A stretch of DNA of 64,000 nucleotides from Pedobacter sp. (lineage in GTDB: Bacteria; Desulfobacterota; Desulfuromonadia; Desulfuromonadales; Syntrophotaleaceae): contig JBFWJC010000004.1 of NCBI GenBank assembly GCA_050253415.1, forward strand, positions 128,001-192,000, written 5' to 3'. Positions 1 to 10,510 of the stretch are shown piece after piece (within the stretch, counting starts at the first letter, position 1; each line of letters starts with the position of its first letter). Position numbers and translations under genes: made by a program. Below the pieces are notes generated by a model. It was not told the origin of the DNA. It saw only the letters and a list, made by a program, of their open reading frames with translations, and did not search any database.

Positions 1-83
1 TGCTGTTCCAGAAGCCGCTGCGCCAAAGCCACCGCGGGGAACAGATGGCCACCGGTCCCTCCCCCTGCCAGCAATAACCTCAT
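1..83 (-). CDS. murG: MurG, N-terminal fragment (gene runs off the window start)
   Basis: Manual translation from the ATG at 83 gives MRLLLAGGGTGGHLFPAVALAQRLLEQ, containing the GGTGGH motif. It overlaps the ftsW stop as ATGA, in canonical dcw order. Confidence 0.93.
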   Translation of the reverse strand, partial: MRLLLAGGGTGGHLFPAVALAQRLLEQ

Positions 84-1201
84 GACTTCACCCCCTCGAT
101 CTGGCTGGAGATATTCAATAGAATGCCTACCGCCAACAACGAGACTACAAGGCTACTGCCGCCGTAGGACAGGAACGGCAACGCCAGCCCTTTGGTCGGC
201 AACAGCGACATAACCACGGCCATGTTGGTGAAGGCTTCGAGACCGAGCAGCAAGGTCAGGCCAAACGCCAGGTAGCGGCCGAATTCGTCCGGCGCCATCC
301 AGGCGATGCGCAATCCGAGCCACACCAGCACCAGAAACAGCACTGCGATGGTCAGGACGCCGATAAACCCGGCCTCCTCTCCCACCACGGAAAAAATAAA
401 ATCGGTGTGCGCCTCAGGCAAAAAGAACAGTTTTTGCTGACTCTGCCCAAGGCCCTGCCCTTTCCATCCGCCGTTGGCGAAAGCGATCAGGCTCTGGGTG
501 ATCTGGAACCCCTCGTCAGACGGGTATTTCCAGGGGTCCATGAACGCCAACATGCGGCGCCGGCGGTAATCCACCCGCCAGATGGCGACATACAGGGCCG
601 GCAAGGCTGGCAGTATCGACACCAGAATATGCCTGAAACAACTGCCGGCAACCAGCATCATACCCATGGCCACCGCCCCCATGGTCATGGCGCTGCCGAG
701 GTCGGGCTGCAACATCAGCATGACCAGCATCAGACCGAGAATCACCAGATAGGGCAATACGCCAAGTTTGAAGGTACGTAAACTCTTTTCCGGTTTGCGG
801 GCCAGGGAGTGGGCCATGAACAGCACCAGCGCCACCTTGGCCAATTCGGAAGGCTGCACGGAAAATCCGGCGATGCGGATCCAGCGTACGGCGCCCCCTG
901 CCGAGGCTCCAATCCCCGGCACCAGCACCAGGGCAAGCAGCACGGCACTTGCCAATAACCCCAGGGCGGCGAACCGGCGCAGATGATGGTAATCGAACCG
1001 CATGGCGCCAAGCAGCACCAGCATGCCAAACAGCGCGAAACCGCCCTGCCTTTTCAGAAAATAAAATCCGTCTTTGTAATGTTCCGCTGCCATGATCGAG
1101 GATGCCGAATAGACCATCAGTACGCCGATAGCGGTGAGCACCGCTGCCACCGCCAAAAGCCAATAATCGTATCCGCCTCGCTCTCTCATCGCATCAGCCA
1201 T
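80..1201 (-). CDS. ftsW: Peptidoglycan glycosyltransferase FtsW (SEDS family)
   Basis: Polytopic membrane protein with QPSELAK, LQPDLG, LPEAHTDFIF and LPFLSYGGSS motifs. Start trimmed from 1270 to MADAMRE. Confidence 0.95.
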   Translation of the reverse strand: MADAMRERGGYDYWLLAVAAVLTAIGVLMVYSASSIMAAEHYKDGFYFLKRQGGFALFGMLVLLGAMRFDYHHLRRFAALGLLASAVLLALVLVPGIGASAGGAVRWIRIAGFSVQPSELAKVALVLFMAHSLARKPEKSLRTFKLGVLPYLVILGLMLVMLMLQPDLGSAMTMGAVAMGMMLVAGSCFRHILVSILPALPALYVAIWRVDYRRRRMLAFMDPWKYPSDEGFQITQSLIAFANGGWKGQGLGQSQQKLFFLPEAHTDFIFSVVGEEAGFIGVLTIAVLFLVLVWLGLRIAWMAPDEFGRYLAFGLTLLLGLEAFTNMAVVMSLLPTKGLALPFLSYGGSSLVVSLLAVGILLNISSQIEGVKS

Positions 1202-2546
1202 TTGTTTGCAACGCCAGCACGGAGCGGCAGAAAACCTCTCCGCGCTCGGCATAACTGCGAAACATATCAAAACTTGAACACCCGGGTGACAACAGCACCG
1301 TTCCGCCAGAAACCGTTACCCGGCAAGCAAGCTGAACCGCCTCTTCCAGCGTAGCGACCCGCAAAATATCGGTCATCCCGGAAAAAGCTGCCTGCATACG
1401 GTCGGCCGCTTCACCGATAAGGATCAGATGGGCCACTTTGCTCTGCACCGAAGCCGCCAGCGGTGCGTAATCCCCGCCTTTATCCTTGCCCCCGGCGATA
1501 AGGGTCACAGGTGCGTCCAGCCCGGCCAGACTTTTGACCACACTGCCGACATTGGTGCCCTTGGAATCGTCGTACCAACTGACACCATCCAATTCGCGCA
1601 CCAGGACCATACGGTGATCGAGACCGTTAAAACCGCACACCGCCTGCCACGCCACCTCGGCAGGACAGCCCTCCATCAGCGGGGGGATCAGCGCGGCCAT
1701 AACGTTCTCAATATTGTGCATACCTTTGAGCCGCAAAGCCGCAACCGGAAAACGCTGCTGCTGCCCGGCATGTCGCCAGACGATATGCTCACCGTCGAAC
1801 CCCATCCCTTGCTCAAGCACCCGACTGGAAGAGAAGAATACTTTTTGACAAGAAAGGTTCGCGGTACATTCAGCCACCAGCGGATCATCGGCATTCAAAA
1901 CCGCCACATCGTCGTCGGTCATGTTTTCGAAGATCCGCAGTTTGGCCGCCACATAGCTGGCCATATCGGGGTAGCGGTCGAGATGATCGGCAGTGAGATT
2001 GAGAAGCATGCCGTATTTCGGACGAAATGCATCTATGGCCTCAAGCTGAAAAGACGAAATTTCGGCGACGATCCAGTCCCAATCGGTGCACCGTGTCGCC
2101 TCGATGAGCGGAGTGCCCAGATTGCCGCCGACAAAGGCTTTAAGCCCCCGGCAACGCAGCACTTCGCCAAGCAGGCATGTGGTTGTCGATTTACCGTTGG
2201 TACCGGTAATCGCCACCATCGGAGCCGTCAGCTCACGCGCGGCAATCTCGATTTCACCTAACACCGGAACACCGGCCTGCATCGCCGCCGCCACAGCCGG
2301 CACCGTCAACGGAATACCGGGACTGATAGCAATAAGATCAGCCTTGGCCAGAAGCTCAGCATCGTGGCCGCCACAGTCGAAACGCAGACCACGCTCGGCA
2401 AGATCCTCTACGCCGGTAAGAACTTCGCGCTTGCGGTTGTCGGACAGGGTCACCACCGCACCATGGTCCAGAAAGAACCTGGCCAGACCAAGTCCGGTGC
2501 AGCCCGCACCGATGACAACCACATGTTTTCCGGCATACCCGACCAT
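1194..2546 (-). CDS. murD: UDP-MurNAc-L-Ala:D-Glu ligase
   Basis: ITGTNGKSTT, EISSFQLE, DDSKGTN and LSPGCSSFD motifs; dcw position. Confidence 0.96.
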   Translation of the reverse strand: MVGYAGKHVVVIGAGCTGLGLARFFLDHGAVVTLSDNRKREVLTGVEDLAERGLRFDCGGHDAELLAKADLIAISPGIPLTVPAVAAAMQAGVPVLGEIEIAARELTAPMVAITGTNGKSTTTCLLGEVLRCRGLKAFVGGNLGTPLIEATRCTDWDWIVAEISSFQLEAIDAFRPKYGMLLNLTADHLDRYPDMASYVAAKLRIFENMTDDDVAVLNADDPLVAECTANLSCQKVFFSSSRVLEQGMGFDGEHIVWRHAGQQQRFPVAALRLKGMHNIENVMAALIPPLMEGCPAEVAWQAVCGFNGLDHRMVLVRELDGVSWYDDSKGTNVGSVVKSLAGLDAPVTLIAGGKDKGGDYAPLAASVQSKVAHLILIGEAADRMQAAFSGMTDILRVATLEEAVQLACRVTVSGGTVLLSPGCSSFDMFRSYAERGEVFCRSVLALQTNG

Positions 2547-2549
2547 GAA

Positions 2550-3626
2550 CTACCTCAACTTGAGGGTGGACAAGGCCACCAGTGCAAGGATAATGCTGAT
2601 GATCCAGAAACGAACGATGATCTTCGGTTCGGCCCACCCTTTGAGCTCGAAATGGTGGTGGATCGGAGCCATACGGAAGATCCGTTTTCCCAGTATTTTA
2701 AACGATGCAACCTGCATGATCACCGACAGGGCCTCAACCACGAAAATTCCGCCGACGATCACCAGCACGATCTCCTGCTTGGTAATCACCGCAATGGTTC
2801 CGAGCGCGCCGCCAAGGGACAGGCTACCCACATCCCCCATGAATACCTGCGCAGGATAGGTATTGAACCAAAGAAACCCGAGACCCGCGCCAACCATGGC
2901 CCCACACAGCACCGCCAACTCACCGGCACCCTGCACACTGCTGATCTGCAGGTATTCCGATAGCCGCGCATTGCCGGCCAGATAGGCAAACAACAAATAA
3001 GTCCCCGAGGCGATGATCGTTGGCCCGATGGCCAGCCCATCGAGGCCATCCGTTAGATTAACCGCGTTGCTGGCACCAACAACAACCAGCATTGCGAAGG
3101 GGATGTAAAGCAATCCCAGTTCCGGACGCAGCCCCTTGAAAAACGGCAGAGCCAGCGTAGTCGGATACGGCTGGTAGAAATACAGCATGAGTCCTGCCGT
3201 ACCGGCGATAAGCATCAGCCACAGCATCTTCTGCCGCGCCGAAAGACCGTCGCTGTTACGTTTCTTCACCTTGCGGTAATCATCGACAAATCCTACTGCG
3301 CCAAAACCGACGGTTACCAACAGGGTCACCCAGACATAGATATTGCTCAAATCGGTCCACAGCAAGGTTGGTAAAACAATGGCCAGCAGAATGAGGGTAC
3401 CGCCCATGGTAGGCGTCCCTTCTTTTTTAAAATGGGACTGGGGTCCGTCCTTGCGAATGCTTTGCCCGATCTGCAGACTGGACAATTTGTCGATAAGCCA
3501 GGGGCCAAGAATAAAGGAGATCATCAGTGCCGTAATGGTGGCATAGATAGCCCGAAACGTGATGTACCGGAAAATGTACAGCACTGAAAACTGTTCATGC
3601 AGCGGATAAAGCAGGTGGTACAGCAT
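2550..3626 (-). CDS. mraY: Phospho-MurNAc-pentapeptide translocase
   Basis: [25 protein letters not shown] and MAPIHHHFE motifs. Confidence 0.97.
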   Translation of the reverse strand: MLYHLLYPLHEQFSVLYIFRYITFRAIYATITALMISFILGPWLIDKLSSLQIGQSIRKDGPQSHFKKEGTPTMGGTLILLAIVLPTLLWTDLSNIYVWVTLLVTVGFGAVGFVDDYRKVKKRNSDGLSARQKMLWLMLIAGTAGLMLYFYQPYPTTLALPFFKGLRPELGLLYIPFAMLVVVGASNAVNLTDGLDGLAIGPTIIASGTYLLFAYLAGNARLSEYLQISSVQGAGELAVLCGAMVGAGLGFLWFNTYPAQVFMGDVGSLSLGGALGTIAVITKQEIVLVIVGGIFVVEALSVIMQVASFKILGKRIFRMAPIHHHFELKGWAEPKIIVRFWIISIILALVALSTLKLR

Positions 3627-3637
3627 CCAGACGTCTC

Positions 3638-5029
3638 CTAATGACCGGCGGTCGGGCGCCCATCGCTGGCGCGCAGGGCTTTACAGATTTTTTCCATTGC
3701 CATGCCGCGAGATCCTTTGACCAATACACGGTCTCCGGGACGCAGCAGGTCGCCGAGCAGTTGCACGGCTTCATCATGACTTTTCACTACCCAGACCGAC
3801 TGGGGAGGCATACCGCCCTGCCTTGCTCCGGCAGCGGTATCCTCGGCCCGCTCGCCCAGGAGAATAAGCAGATCGGTACACTTCGATGCATGCAATCCGG
3901 TTTCACGGTGCAAGTCTGCCGCCGCCTCGCCCAATTCCAGCATGTCGCCCAGAACCGCAATGCGACGGCCGCTACCGGGCAGTTCATCCAGCGCCTTCAG
4001 GGCCGCTTTGACGGCCAGGGGGTTGGCATTGTAAAAGTCCTCCAACAGGGTGGCGCCGCTGGCGAGTTCCGCCACCTCCATGCGCCCGGCACAAGACCGG
4101 AAGCGCTCCAACCCTTCGACTATCTGCATGCCACTCATATTCAGGGCATAGGCTGCGGCCGCAGCGGCCAGAGCATTATGCACATTGTAGCGCCCGGGCA
4201 CCGACAGACGCACTGGCCAGTTCCCTTCGGGCAGCACCAGCCGAAAACGCACACCCTGCCCATCCACGGTTACATCTTCGGCGCGAACCTCGGCATCGGA
4301 ACCGCACCCGTAAATCAACCGTCGCACGCCGTTGGCAACGGGCAACTGCAGCACCCGTTGATCATCCCCATTAATAACGGCGGTGCCACCGGGAGGCAGG
4401 GCGGCAAATAATTCGCCTTTGGCCCGAGCCACCCCTTCGAGATTATAAAGCGTTTCCAGATGGGCCGGCCCGACATTGGTGATGATACCAATATCGGGAC
4501 GGCTGATCTCGGCCAGACGGGCAATTTCACCACGAGCACTCATGCCCAGTTCCACAACTGCCCAGCCATGATCTTCTTCGAGTCGAAACAGGGTATGAGG
4601 CAAACCGATAAGATTGTTGAAATTACCCTCGGTTTTTAGACCCGGACCACGCAGAGCCAGAATACCGGCCAGCATTTCCTTGGTACTGGTCTTGCCGGAC
4701 GAACCGGTTACTGCCAAAACCGGCCCGTCAAAATCCTGCCGCACGGCCGCTGCCAGATCACCCAGCGCTTTGAGGGTGTCCGCTACCCGTATAACCGGTA
4801 CCGGCAGACCGGCGATCACTTCTTCGCTCAGGCAAGCGCAGGCTCCTTCGCGCACCGCCTGTCCCATAAAATCGTGACCATCGAATCGGGGGCCACGCAG
4901 CGGCACGAACAGATCGCCGGAACGCAGGGAACGGCTATCGGTGCAAACCCCGGTAACCACACCACTGGCACGCTCAGGTATCAGAGTGCCACCGGTAATG
5001 GCGGCGATTTGATTCAGATCGAGTCGCAT
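3638..5029 (-). CDS. murF: UDP-MurNAc-tripeptide:D-Ala-D-Ala ligase
   Basis: [33 protein letters not shown] and LVKGSRG motifs. Confidence 0.96.
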   Translation of the reverse strand: MRLDLNQIAAITGGTLIPERASGVVTGVCTDSRSLRSGDLFVPLRGPRFDGHDFMGQAVREGACACLSEEVIAGLPVPVIRVADTLKALGDLAAAVRQDFDGPVLAVTGSSGKTSTKEMLAGILALRGPGLKTEGNFNNLIGLPHTLFRLEEDHGWAVVELGMSARGEIARLAEISRPDIGIITNVGPAHLETLYNLEGVARAKGELFAALPPGGTAVINGDDQRVLQLPVANGVRRLIYGCGSDAEVRAEDVTVDGQGVRFRLVLPEGNWPVRLSVPGRYNVHNALAAAAAAYALNMSGMQIVEGLERFRSCAGRMEVAELASGATLLEDFYNANPLAVKAALKALDELPGSGRRIAVLGDMLELGEAAADLHRETGLHASKCTDLLILLGERAEDTAAGARQGGMPPQSVWVVKSHDEAVQLLGDLLRPGDRVLVKGSRGMAMEKICKALRASDGRPTAGH

Positions 5030-6537
5030 GGTTCCTCCGCCACAAACCTCAGGGCCTCGCGTAATTCCTCGCGGTCATCAAAGTGCAATCGCTGATTGCC
5101 GACAATCTGATAATCCTCATGCCCCTTGCCGGCCACCAGCAGCACATCACCAGTCCGCAGCAGGCTCACGGCAAAGCGAATCGCTTCGCGACGGTCAACG
5201 ATCGCAAGATAGCCGCCTGCAGCGGACTGCCGTGCCTGTTGTTCCGTCCAGGGGCCGGGATAGATACGGCGCAGGCCGACCTCCACCTGCTGCATAATGC
5301 TTAACGGATCCTCGCTGCGCGGATTGTCCGATGTCAAAATCGCCACATCCGATAAACGCGCGGCGACTTCGCCCATCACCGGGCGCTTACTGGCATCGCG
5401 GTCACCGCCGCAACCGAACACGCACAGCAGCCTGCGAGGAGCCAACTGTCGCAGTGTGGTCAAAACGTTTTGCAGAGCATCGCCGGTATGCGCATAGTCC
5501 ACCAGCACCAGGGCCCCACAACCGTTCTCAATACTTTCCAGCCGACCGGGAACCTGCGGTGCGCTGGCAAGGGCTGCGGCGATGGTATCCGGTGCCATAT
5601 TCAAAGCGACACCAACGCCGGCGGCACAAAGCAAATTATGCAAATTATAGTCCCCGACCAAAGGGGAGTTTAAGGCGGCACACCCCAGAGGAGTGCGCAG
5701 CATACCGGAAATGCCGGCAACAGAGATAGAAACATCCTCTGCCGTTACCGTACAGCGAGAGTCATGTCCGCAGCCAACTGCAGAGGGTAGCGCATCGGCA
5801 AGACGCGCGCCGTACGCATCGTCGAGATTAACCACCGCATGCCGGGGAGAATGCTCGCCAAGCCCGGTGAAAAGTCGGCGTTTGGCGTCAAAATACGATT
5901 CCAGATCGCCATGGTAATCGAGGTGTTCCGGAGTCAGGTTGGTAAACACTCCGACATCGAAACGCACCCCGTCAACCCTCCGCTGCTCTAGCGCATGAGA
6001 CGATGCCTCGAGAATCAAAGCATCGGCACCACGGTTGCGAAATTCAGCGATAGTTCGCATCAGATCAACCGATTCAGGAGTCGTATGACTGGACGCCAGA
6101 CGTTCTCCTTCAAATCGATAGTCGACGGTACCCATAACGGCCGGCCGCCGGCCAGAAGCCTTCAGCAACGATTCCACCAGATAGCTGATGGTGGTTTTTC
6201 CGTTGGTTCCGGTTATACCTACTACCAGCATATCCCTGGTGGGATCACCGTAAAATTCAGCTGCCGCCAGCGCCATAGATCGCCGCGCATCCTTCACCAG
6301 CAATCCGGTTATTCCCTGCGGCAATGGACACGGTTCTTCCATGACTACCGCCACAGCGCCCCGGGTCAAGGCATCCTCCACGAACCGGTGACCATCCACC
6401 GTTGCGCCGCGCAGGGCAAAAAACAACCCACCGGGCAGCACCTGCCGGCTGTCGTAATACAAACCACTGATAACACCATCGGCTGGACCGGTGATTGTAC
6501 AGGGGACAAGCATCTGGCAAAGGACGGAAAGTTTCAT
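5014..6537 (-). CDS. murE: UDP-MurNAc-dipeptide:meso-DAP ligase
   Basis: GITGTNGKTT, VDYAHT, DNPR (DAP-specific) and AGKGHE motifs. Start trimmed to MKLSVL. Confidence 0.96.
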   Translation of the reverse strand: MKLSVLCQMLVPCTITGPADGVISGLYYDSRQVLPGGLFFALRGATVDGHRFVEDALTRGAVAVVMEEPCPLPQGITGLLVKDARRSMALAAAEFYGDPTRDMLVVGITGTNGKTTISYLVESLLKASGRRPAVMGTVDYRFEGERLASSHTTPESVDLMRTIAEFRNRGADALILEASSHALEQRRVDGVRFDVGVFTNLTPEHLDYHGDLESYFDAKRRLFTGLGEHSPRHAVVNLDDAYGARLADALPSAVGCGHDSRCTVTAEDVSISVAGISGMLRTPLGCAALNSPLVGDYNLHNLLCAAGVGVALNMAPDTIAAALASAPQVPGRLESIENGCGALVLVDYAHTGDALQNVLTTLRQLAPRRLLCVFGCGGDRDASKRPVMGEVAARLSDVAILTSDNPRSEDPLSIMQQVEVGLRRIYPGPWTEQQARQSAAGGYLAIVDRREAIRFAVSLLRTGDVLLVAGKGHEDYQIVGNQRLHFDDREELREALRFVAEEPCDSI

Positions 6538-6586
6538 AGAATCGCCAATTTTCCTTCTGTGAAGAAAAAAAGTCAAAGGGAATTTT

Positions 6587-8557
6587 TTACGCCGATGGAC
6601 CCAATTTCACCCAAACTTCATCACCATAGCGAATGTCCTGGCCAGGTGATGGAAATTGCTCAATAACTTTACCTGAACCCTTGATCCGGATATTCAGACC
6701 CAGCCTCTCCATAGTCTGCAACACCTGTCTGCAACTCAGCCCAAGACAGTGTGGCATCACAGGCATCTCACCATTGGCAACGCGCTCCGGCTGACTGCTG
6801 CCGTTGGATATGGCCACCACCGTTTCCAGCGTAACCGGCGGCAACGGGGCTTCCATATCGGCCTCGGTCGGGGGTACGCCAAGGTAACGCAGGGCCTGAC
6901 CTGTTATCCGCGAAAACACCGGAGCGGCGACCAGACCGCCATATACCTGGGTCTGCGGTTCGTCGATAACCACCAGGACAACAAGTCGGGGATTGTCCAC
7001 CGGAGCAAAACCGACAAAGGACGCCACCCGTTTGTCTGCGGAGTAGCCACCGGTAACAGGGTCGACTTTCTGCGCAGTACCGGTTTTTCCAGCGACGCGG
7101 TATCCCGGCACGGCTGCCAGGGTGCCGGTTCCCCCCTCACGCGTAACCATTTCCATCATTGCCCGAACCTGGGCTGCTGTCTTTTCGGATACCACGCGCC
7201 GCACGGTTTCCGGTGACCGGTTTTCTACCAATGCGCCACGGTCATCGACAATTTTATTTACAAGATCAGCTTTCATCAGCAGTCCGCCATTGGCGACGGC
7301 CCCTACTGCGCGGGCCAACTGCAAAGCTGTCACGGTCATCCCCTGACCAAAGGATACGGCAGCCAGATCGCCTTCAAACCATAACTCGGGCCTGCGCAAT
7401 TGACCTGAGGTCTCACCGGGAAAATCAACACCTGTTTTTTCACCGAATCCGAATCGGGTCAAATAGTCAAAATAACGCTGACGCTCCAGCATTTTCCCAA
7501 TTTTAGCTGACCCGATATTGGAACTGAGCTTGAGCACATCCGCTACGCTAAGCTGTTCATAAGGATGATGATCATGAATGGTCATGCCACCAACCCGGTA
7601 CGAGCCTTTTTCGCAATTAACCCGCTGAGTCGGCTGTACCACATTTTCGTTCAGAGCAGCCGCTACCAGGAACACCTTAAGTGTTGAACCCGGCTCGAAC
7701 TCATCGCATACGGCGCGATTACGGCGGTTTTTCGACGGGAACCTGCCATAGGCATTGGGATTATAGGTCGGCTGATTGGCCATCGCCAGAATTTCGCCGC
7801 TGTTCGGATCCAACACAACCACGCTGCCGGCCCGCCCCTTGGCTTCCTTCAAGCCGACAGCCAGTTCCTTTTCAGCCAGGTATTGGAGATTGCGGTCGAT
7901 GGTCAAATTGAGGCTGTTTCCATGACTGCCCCCATCCACGACTTTATTACTGGAGCCGAACCCCTTGCGGCGACCATCTTTGGCCGTCACCAGAAATCCT
8001 TCCTGCCCCAGCATCTGGCTATCGTAATACTTTTCCAACCCCTCGAGTCCCCTGGGATCAAGGCCGGTAAATCCAAGCAATTGGGCTGCCAGTTCTCCAT
8101 TGGGATAGAACCGTTGATGTTCCTTGGTAAAAGCAATGCCTTCAATACCAAGCTTGCGAACCCGGTCACTCTGGTCTGGTTGAACCTTGCGTTGCAACCA
8201 CACAAAACTGCGCTTTGAAATCAGTTTTTTACGTAAGGTCGTGCGGGGCAGGTTGAGCGGACGCGCCAGTGCACGCACTGTGGCGTTTACATCACTGATT
8301 CGCATAGGTTCCGCAAAGATCGAATCAACACTGATGCTACGGGCCAATTCAGCCCCATTGCGATCATAGATGGCCCCTCTGCGAGGGGTTAGAGGGATAA
8401 TGCGTTTATACTGCCGCTTGGCGCGGGCGACAGTTTCCTCGCTATCGACGACCTGCAACCAGAACCCCCGCCCCACCACTGCCAGAAAAAACATGGTAAA
8501 CCCGATTCCCATCAGAACCATGCGAATCTTGCTGCTTTTTTCCGGCGACATTTTCAT
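6587..8557 (-). CDS. ftsI: Class B penicillin-binding protein FtsI with C-terminal PASTA domain
   Basis: N-terminal TM helix, SxxK (STLK), SxN (SSN) and KTG motifs; PASTA-like C-terminus. Confidence 0.94.
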   Translation of the reverse strand: MKMSPEKSSKIRMVLMGIGFTMFFLAVVGRGFWLQVVDSEETVARAKRQYKRIIPLTPRRGAIYDRNGAELARSISVDSIFAEPMRISDVNATVRALARPLNLPRTTLRKKLISKRSFVWLQRKVQPDQSDRVRKLGIEGIAFTKEHQRFYPNGELAAQLLGFTGLDPRGLEGLEKYYDSQMLGQEGFLVTAKDGRRKGFGSSNKVVDGGSHGNSLNLTIDRNLQYLAEKELAVGLKEAKGRAGSVVVLDPNSGEILAMANQPTYNPNAYGRFPSKNRRNRAVCDEFEPGSTLKVFLVAAALNENVVQPTQRVNCEKGSYRVGGMTIHDHHPYEQLSVADVLKLSSNIGSAKIGKMLERQRYFDYLTRFGFGEKTGVDFPGETSGQLRRPELWFEGDLAAVSFGQGMTVTALQLARAVGAVANGGLLMKADLVNKIVDDRGALVENRSPETVRRVVSEKTAAQVRAMMEMVTREGGTGTLAAVPGYRVAGKTGTAQKVDPVTGGYSADKRVASFVGFAPVDNPRLVVLVVIDEPQTQVYGGLVAAPVFSRITGQALRYLGVPPTEADMEAPLPPVTLETVVAISNGSSQPERVANGEMPVMPHCLGLSCRQVLQTMERLGLNIRIKGSGKVIEQFPSPGQDIRYGDEVWVKLGPSA

Positions 8558-8877
8558 CGTATGATGATCACCTGATGTGCTTGGGGATAATGAAGATTCA
8601 GCTTATTACTGGCTATACGTTCGAGGTGAGCCGGGTTTTTAAGCGTTGCAACTTCCAGGCGCAGGCAATTTTCGTCGCGCTGCAGTTCCAGCAACTGCGT
8701 TTCGCAACTGGAGATGGCATAACCCAACTCAATAAGCTGGCTGCACGACCAGATGTAAAAAACACCGGCACCAACCAGAGCAACCAGAAAAACCAGGAAT
8801 TGGGTTAAAGAGAAACGTTGCCAGAAAGCGCTGCTGCTGCTGACACCGGGCAGCGCACGTTGCGTGGAATAAGACAT
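8554..8877 (-). CDS. ftsL: Cell division protein FtsL
   Basis: Small protein with one TM helix and a coiled coil, between rsmH and ftsI. Confidence 0.85.
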   Translation of the reverse strand: MSYSTQRALPGVSSSSAFWQRFSLTQFLVFLVALVGAGVFYIWSCSQLIELGYAISSCETQLLELQRDENCLRLEVATLKNPAHLERIASNKLNLHYPQAHQVIIIR

Positions 8878-8925
8878 AACACACCTCCAGTCATATCAAG
8901 CCAGCCGCATAGGCGGCAAAAATCC

Positions 8926-9870
8926 TTAAAGACGCCGAATCGCCCTTAATACCGCACTGCGCGCCCGGGGATTCGCCTCTATTTCAGCTTCACCGGCCCG
9001 CAAACCCTTGCGGGTCAGCAGTTCCACCTCAGGGATTCGATTACAAACGCAGACCGGCAGCCCCGGCGGGCAGGTGCAAACCTGAATCTGGCTGCGAAAA
9101 AATTGTTTAACGATGCGATCTTCCAGGGAATGAAAACTGATCACAGCCATTCTTCCGCCAGGCTTGAGAAGCGCCATGGCACGCTGCAAACCTTCCCGCA
9201 GACTATCCAACTCGGCATTGACATGAATACGCAAAGCCTGAAAAACACGCGTCGCCGGGTGAATACGTGAAGGGACCCGCCCCTTGGGCACGGTATCACG
9301 TACCAACTCGGCCAAATCCCGGGTCGTCAACAACGGCGTTTCAGCCCGCACCTGGTCGATACGCCGTGCAATACGGCGAGCATACCGTTCTTCACCGTAT
9401 TCCCGAAAAATTCGTGTCAAATCATCGATGGACATGGAGTTGACGACATCCGCCGCAGTCATACCGGTCGATGTGTCCATGCGCATATCGAGAGGCGCGT
9501 CGGATTGAAATGAGAACCCCCGCCGGGCCGTATCGAGCTGAAAAGACGACACGCCGAGATCGAGCAGAATGCCGTCCACGGCAGGAATGCCCAGATCGCT
9601 CAGAATGCGGTCGGCATCGGCAAAATTTCCATGACGCAACACAGCCCGATCGCCAAAGGGAGCAAGTCTGCGAGCAGCGGCCTCAAGAGCTTCACGGTCG
9701 CGATCGAGACCGATCAGTACGCCGTCCGGGGCGGTTTTTTCGAGAATCAGATAGGCATGGCCTGCCCCCCCGACCGTACCATCGAGAAAGACCTCCCCCG
9801 ATTGCGGATGCAAGCACTCCAGGACCTCCCCGGGCATCACTGAATAGTGCTGAAATATTTCTTCCGCCAT
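8926..9870 (-). CDS. rsmH: 16S rRNA m4C1402 methyltransferase
   Basis: DGTVGGAGH, DLGVSS, PLDMRM, FHSLEDR and NPRARSA motifs. Confidence 0.96.
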   Translation of the reverse strand: MAEEIFQHYSVMPGEVLECLHPQSGEVFLDGTVGGAGHAYLILEKTAPDGVLIGLDRDREALEAAARRLAPFGDRAVLRHGNFADADRILSDLGIPAVDGILLDLGVSSFQLDTARRGFSFQSDAPLDMRMDTSTGMTAADVVNSMSIDDLTRIFREYGEERYARRIARRIDQVRAETPLLTTRDLAELVRDTVPKGRVPSRIHPATRVFQALRIHVNAELDSLREGLQRAMALLKPGGRMAVISFHSLEDRIVKQFFRSQIQVCTCPPGLPVCVCNRIPEVELLTRKGLRAGEAEIEANPRARSAVLRAIRRL

Positions 9871-9873
9871 GGC

Positions 9874-10326
9874 CTAAAATCCTAAGTTGTAAAGAGCCTG
9901 CGACTCGGTCTTGAGTAAATTCTCCGCTTGCTTACGCATCTCAGCGTGCATGGCTCGATTCCAGATCATGATCTTATTGATGGAACCAACCACCACGATT
10001 TCGCGAATTTCCGACTCCAATCCCGCATAGCAACGCTGTGCTTTGGTCAACTGAATGCGTCCCTGTTTGTCAAACGGGCATTCGATCGCCGGTGAGATAA
10101 GGGCCAGATTGATGGCGTCTTTCAAAGGACTGGCCTCCATCGCATTGACTTTTTCCAGAACCTTTTCCCACTCCTGGAAGGGATACGCCGCCAGCCCGCC
10201 ATCGTTCTGGGTGACAATAAGACGCTCATCGGAAAAAACAGAGCTCAGCACATCCCGAAACTTGGCCGGAATGCTCGCCCTCCCTTTCGCATCGATCGCG
10301 TTATTGAACTCACCCTGAAATAACAT
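9874..10326 (-). CDS. mraZ: Division/cell wall cluster regulator MraZ
   Basis: Two DxxGR repeats (DAKGR, DKQGR); first gene of the dcw cluster. Confidence 0.93.
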   Translation of the reverse strand: MLFQGEFNNAIDAKGRASIPAKFRDVLSSVFSDERLIVTQNDGGLAAYPFQEWEKVLEKVNAMEASPLKDAINLALISPAIECPFDKQGRIQLTKAQRCYAGLESEIREIVVVGSINKIMIWNRAMHAEMRKQAENLLKTESQALYNLGF

Positions 10327-10372
10327 TAGACGCCCCAGGTCCAAATTGACACGTTTTTACACTTTGTGGGCA

Positions 10373-10401
10373 ACTATAACGACAGCCCCCCACCTTGTCA
10401 A
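10373..10401 (-). promoter_or_regulatory. sigma70 promoter of the dcw operon
   Basis: Minus strand TTGACA (10401-10396), 17-nt spacer, TATAGT (10378-10373). Confidence 0.8.
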
Positions 10402-10445
10402 GGCGTTTATTCTAATTTTTTAAGGGTTTAGGTCGTTCCCACGGC

Positions 10446-10476
10446 AAAAAAAAATCCCCTCGAAAGGGGATTTTTT
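10446..10476. terminator. Intrinsic terminator, probably bidirectional, downstream of the CNNM gene
   Basis: A-tract, hairpin ATCCCCT-CGAA-AGGGGAT, T-tract. Confidence 0.85.
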
Positions 10477-10510
10477 CAATGCCTGGAAAACCGGACAGGA
10501 ATCGAGAATA

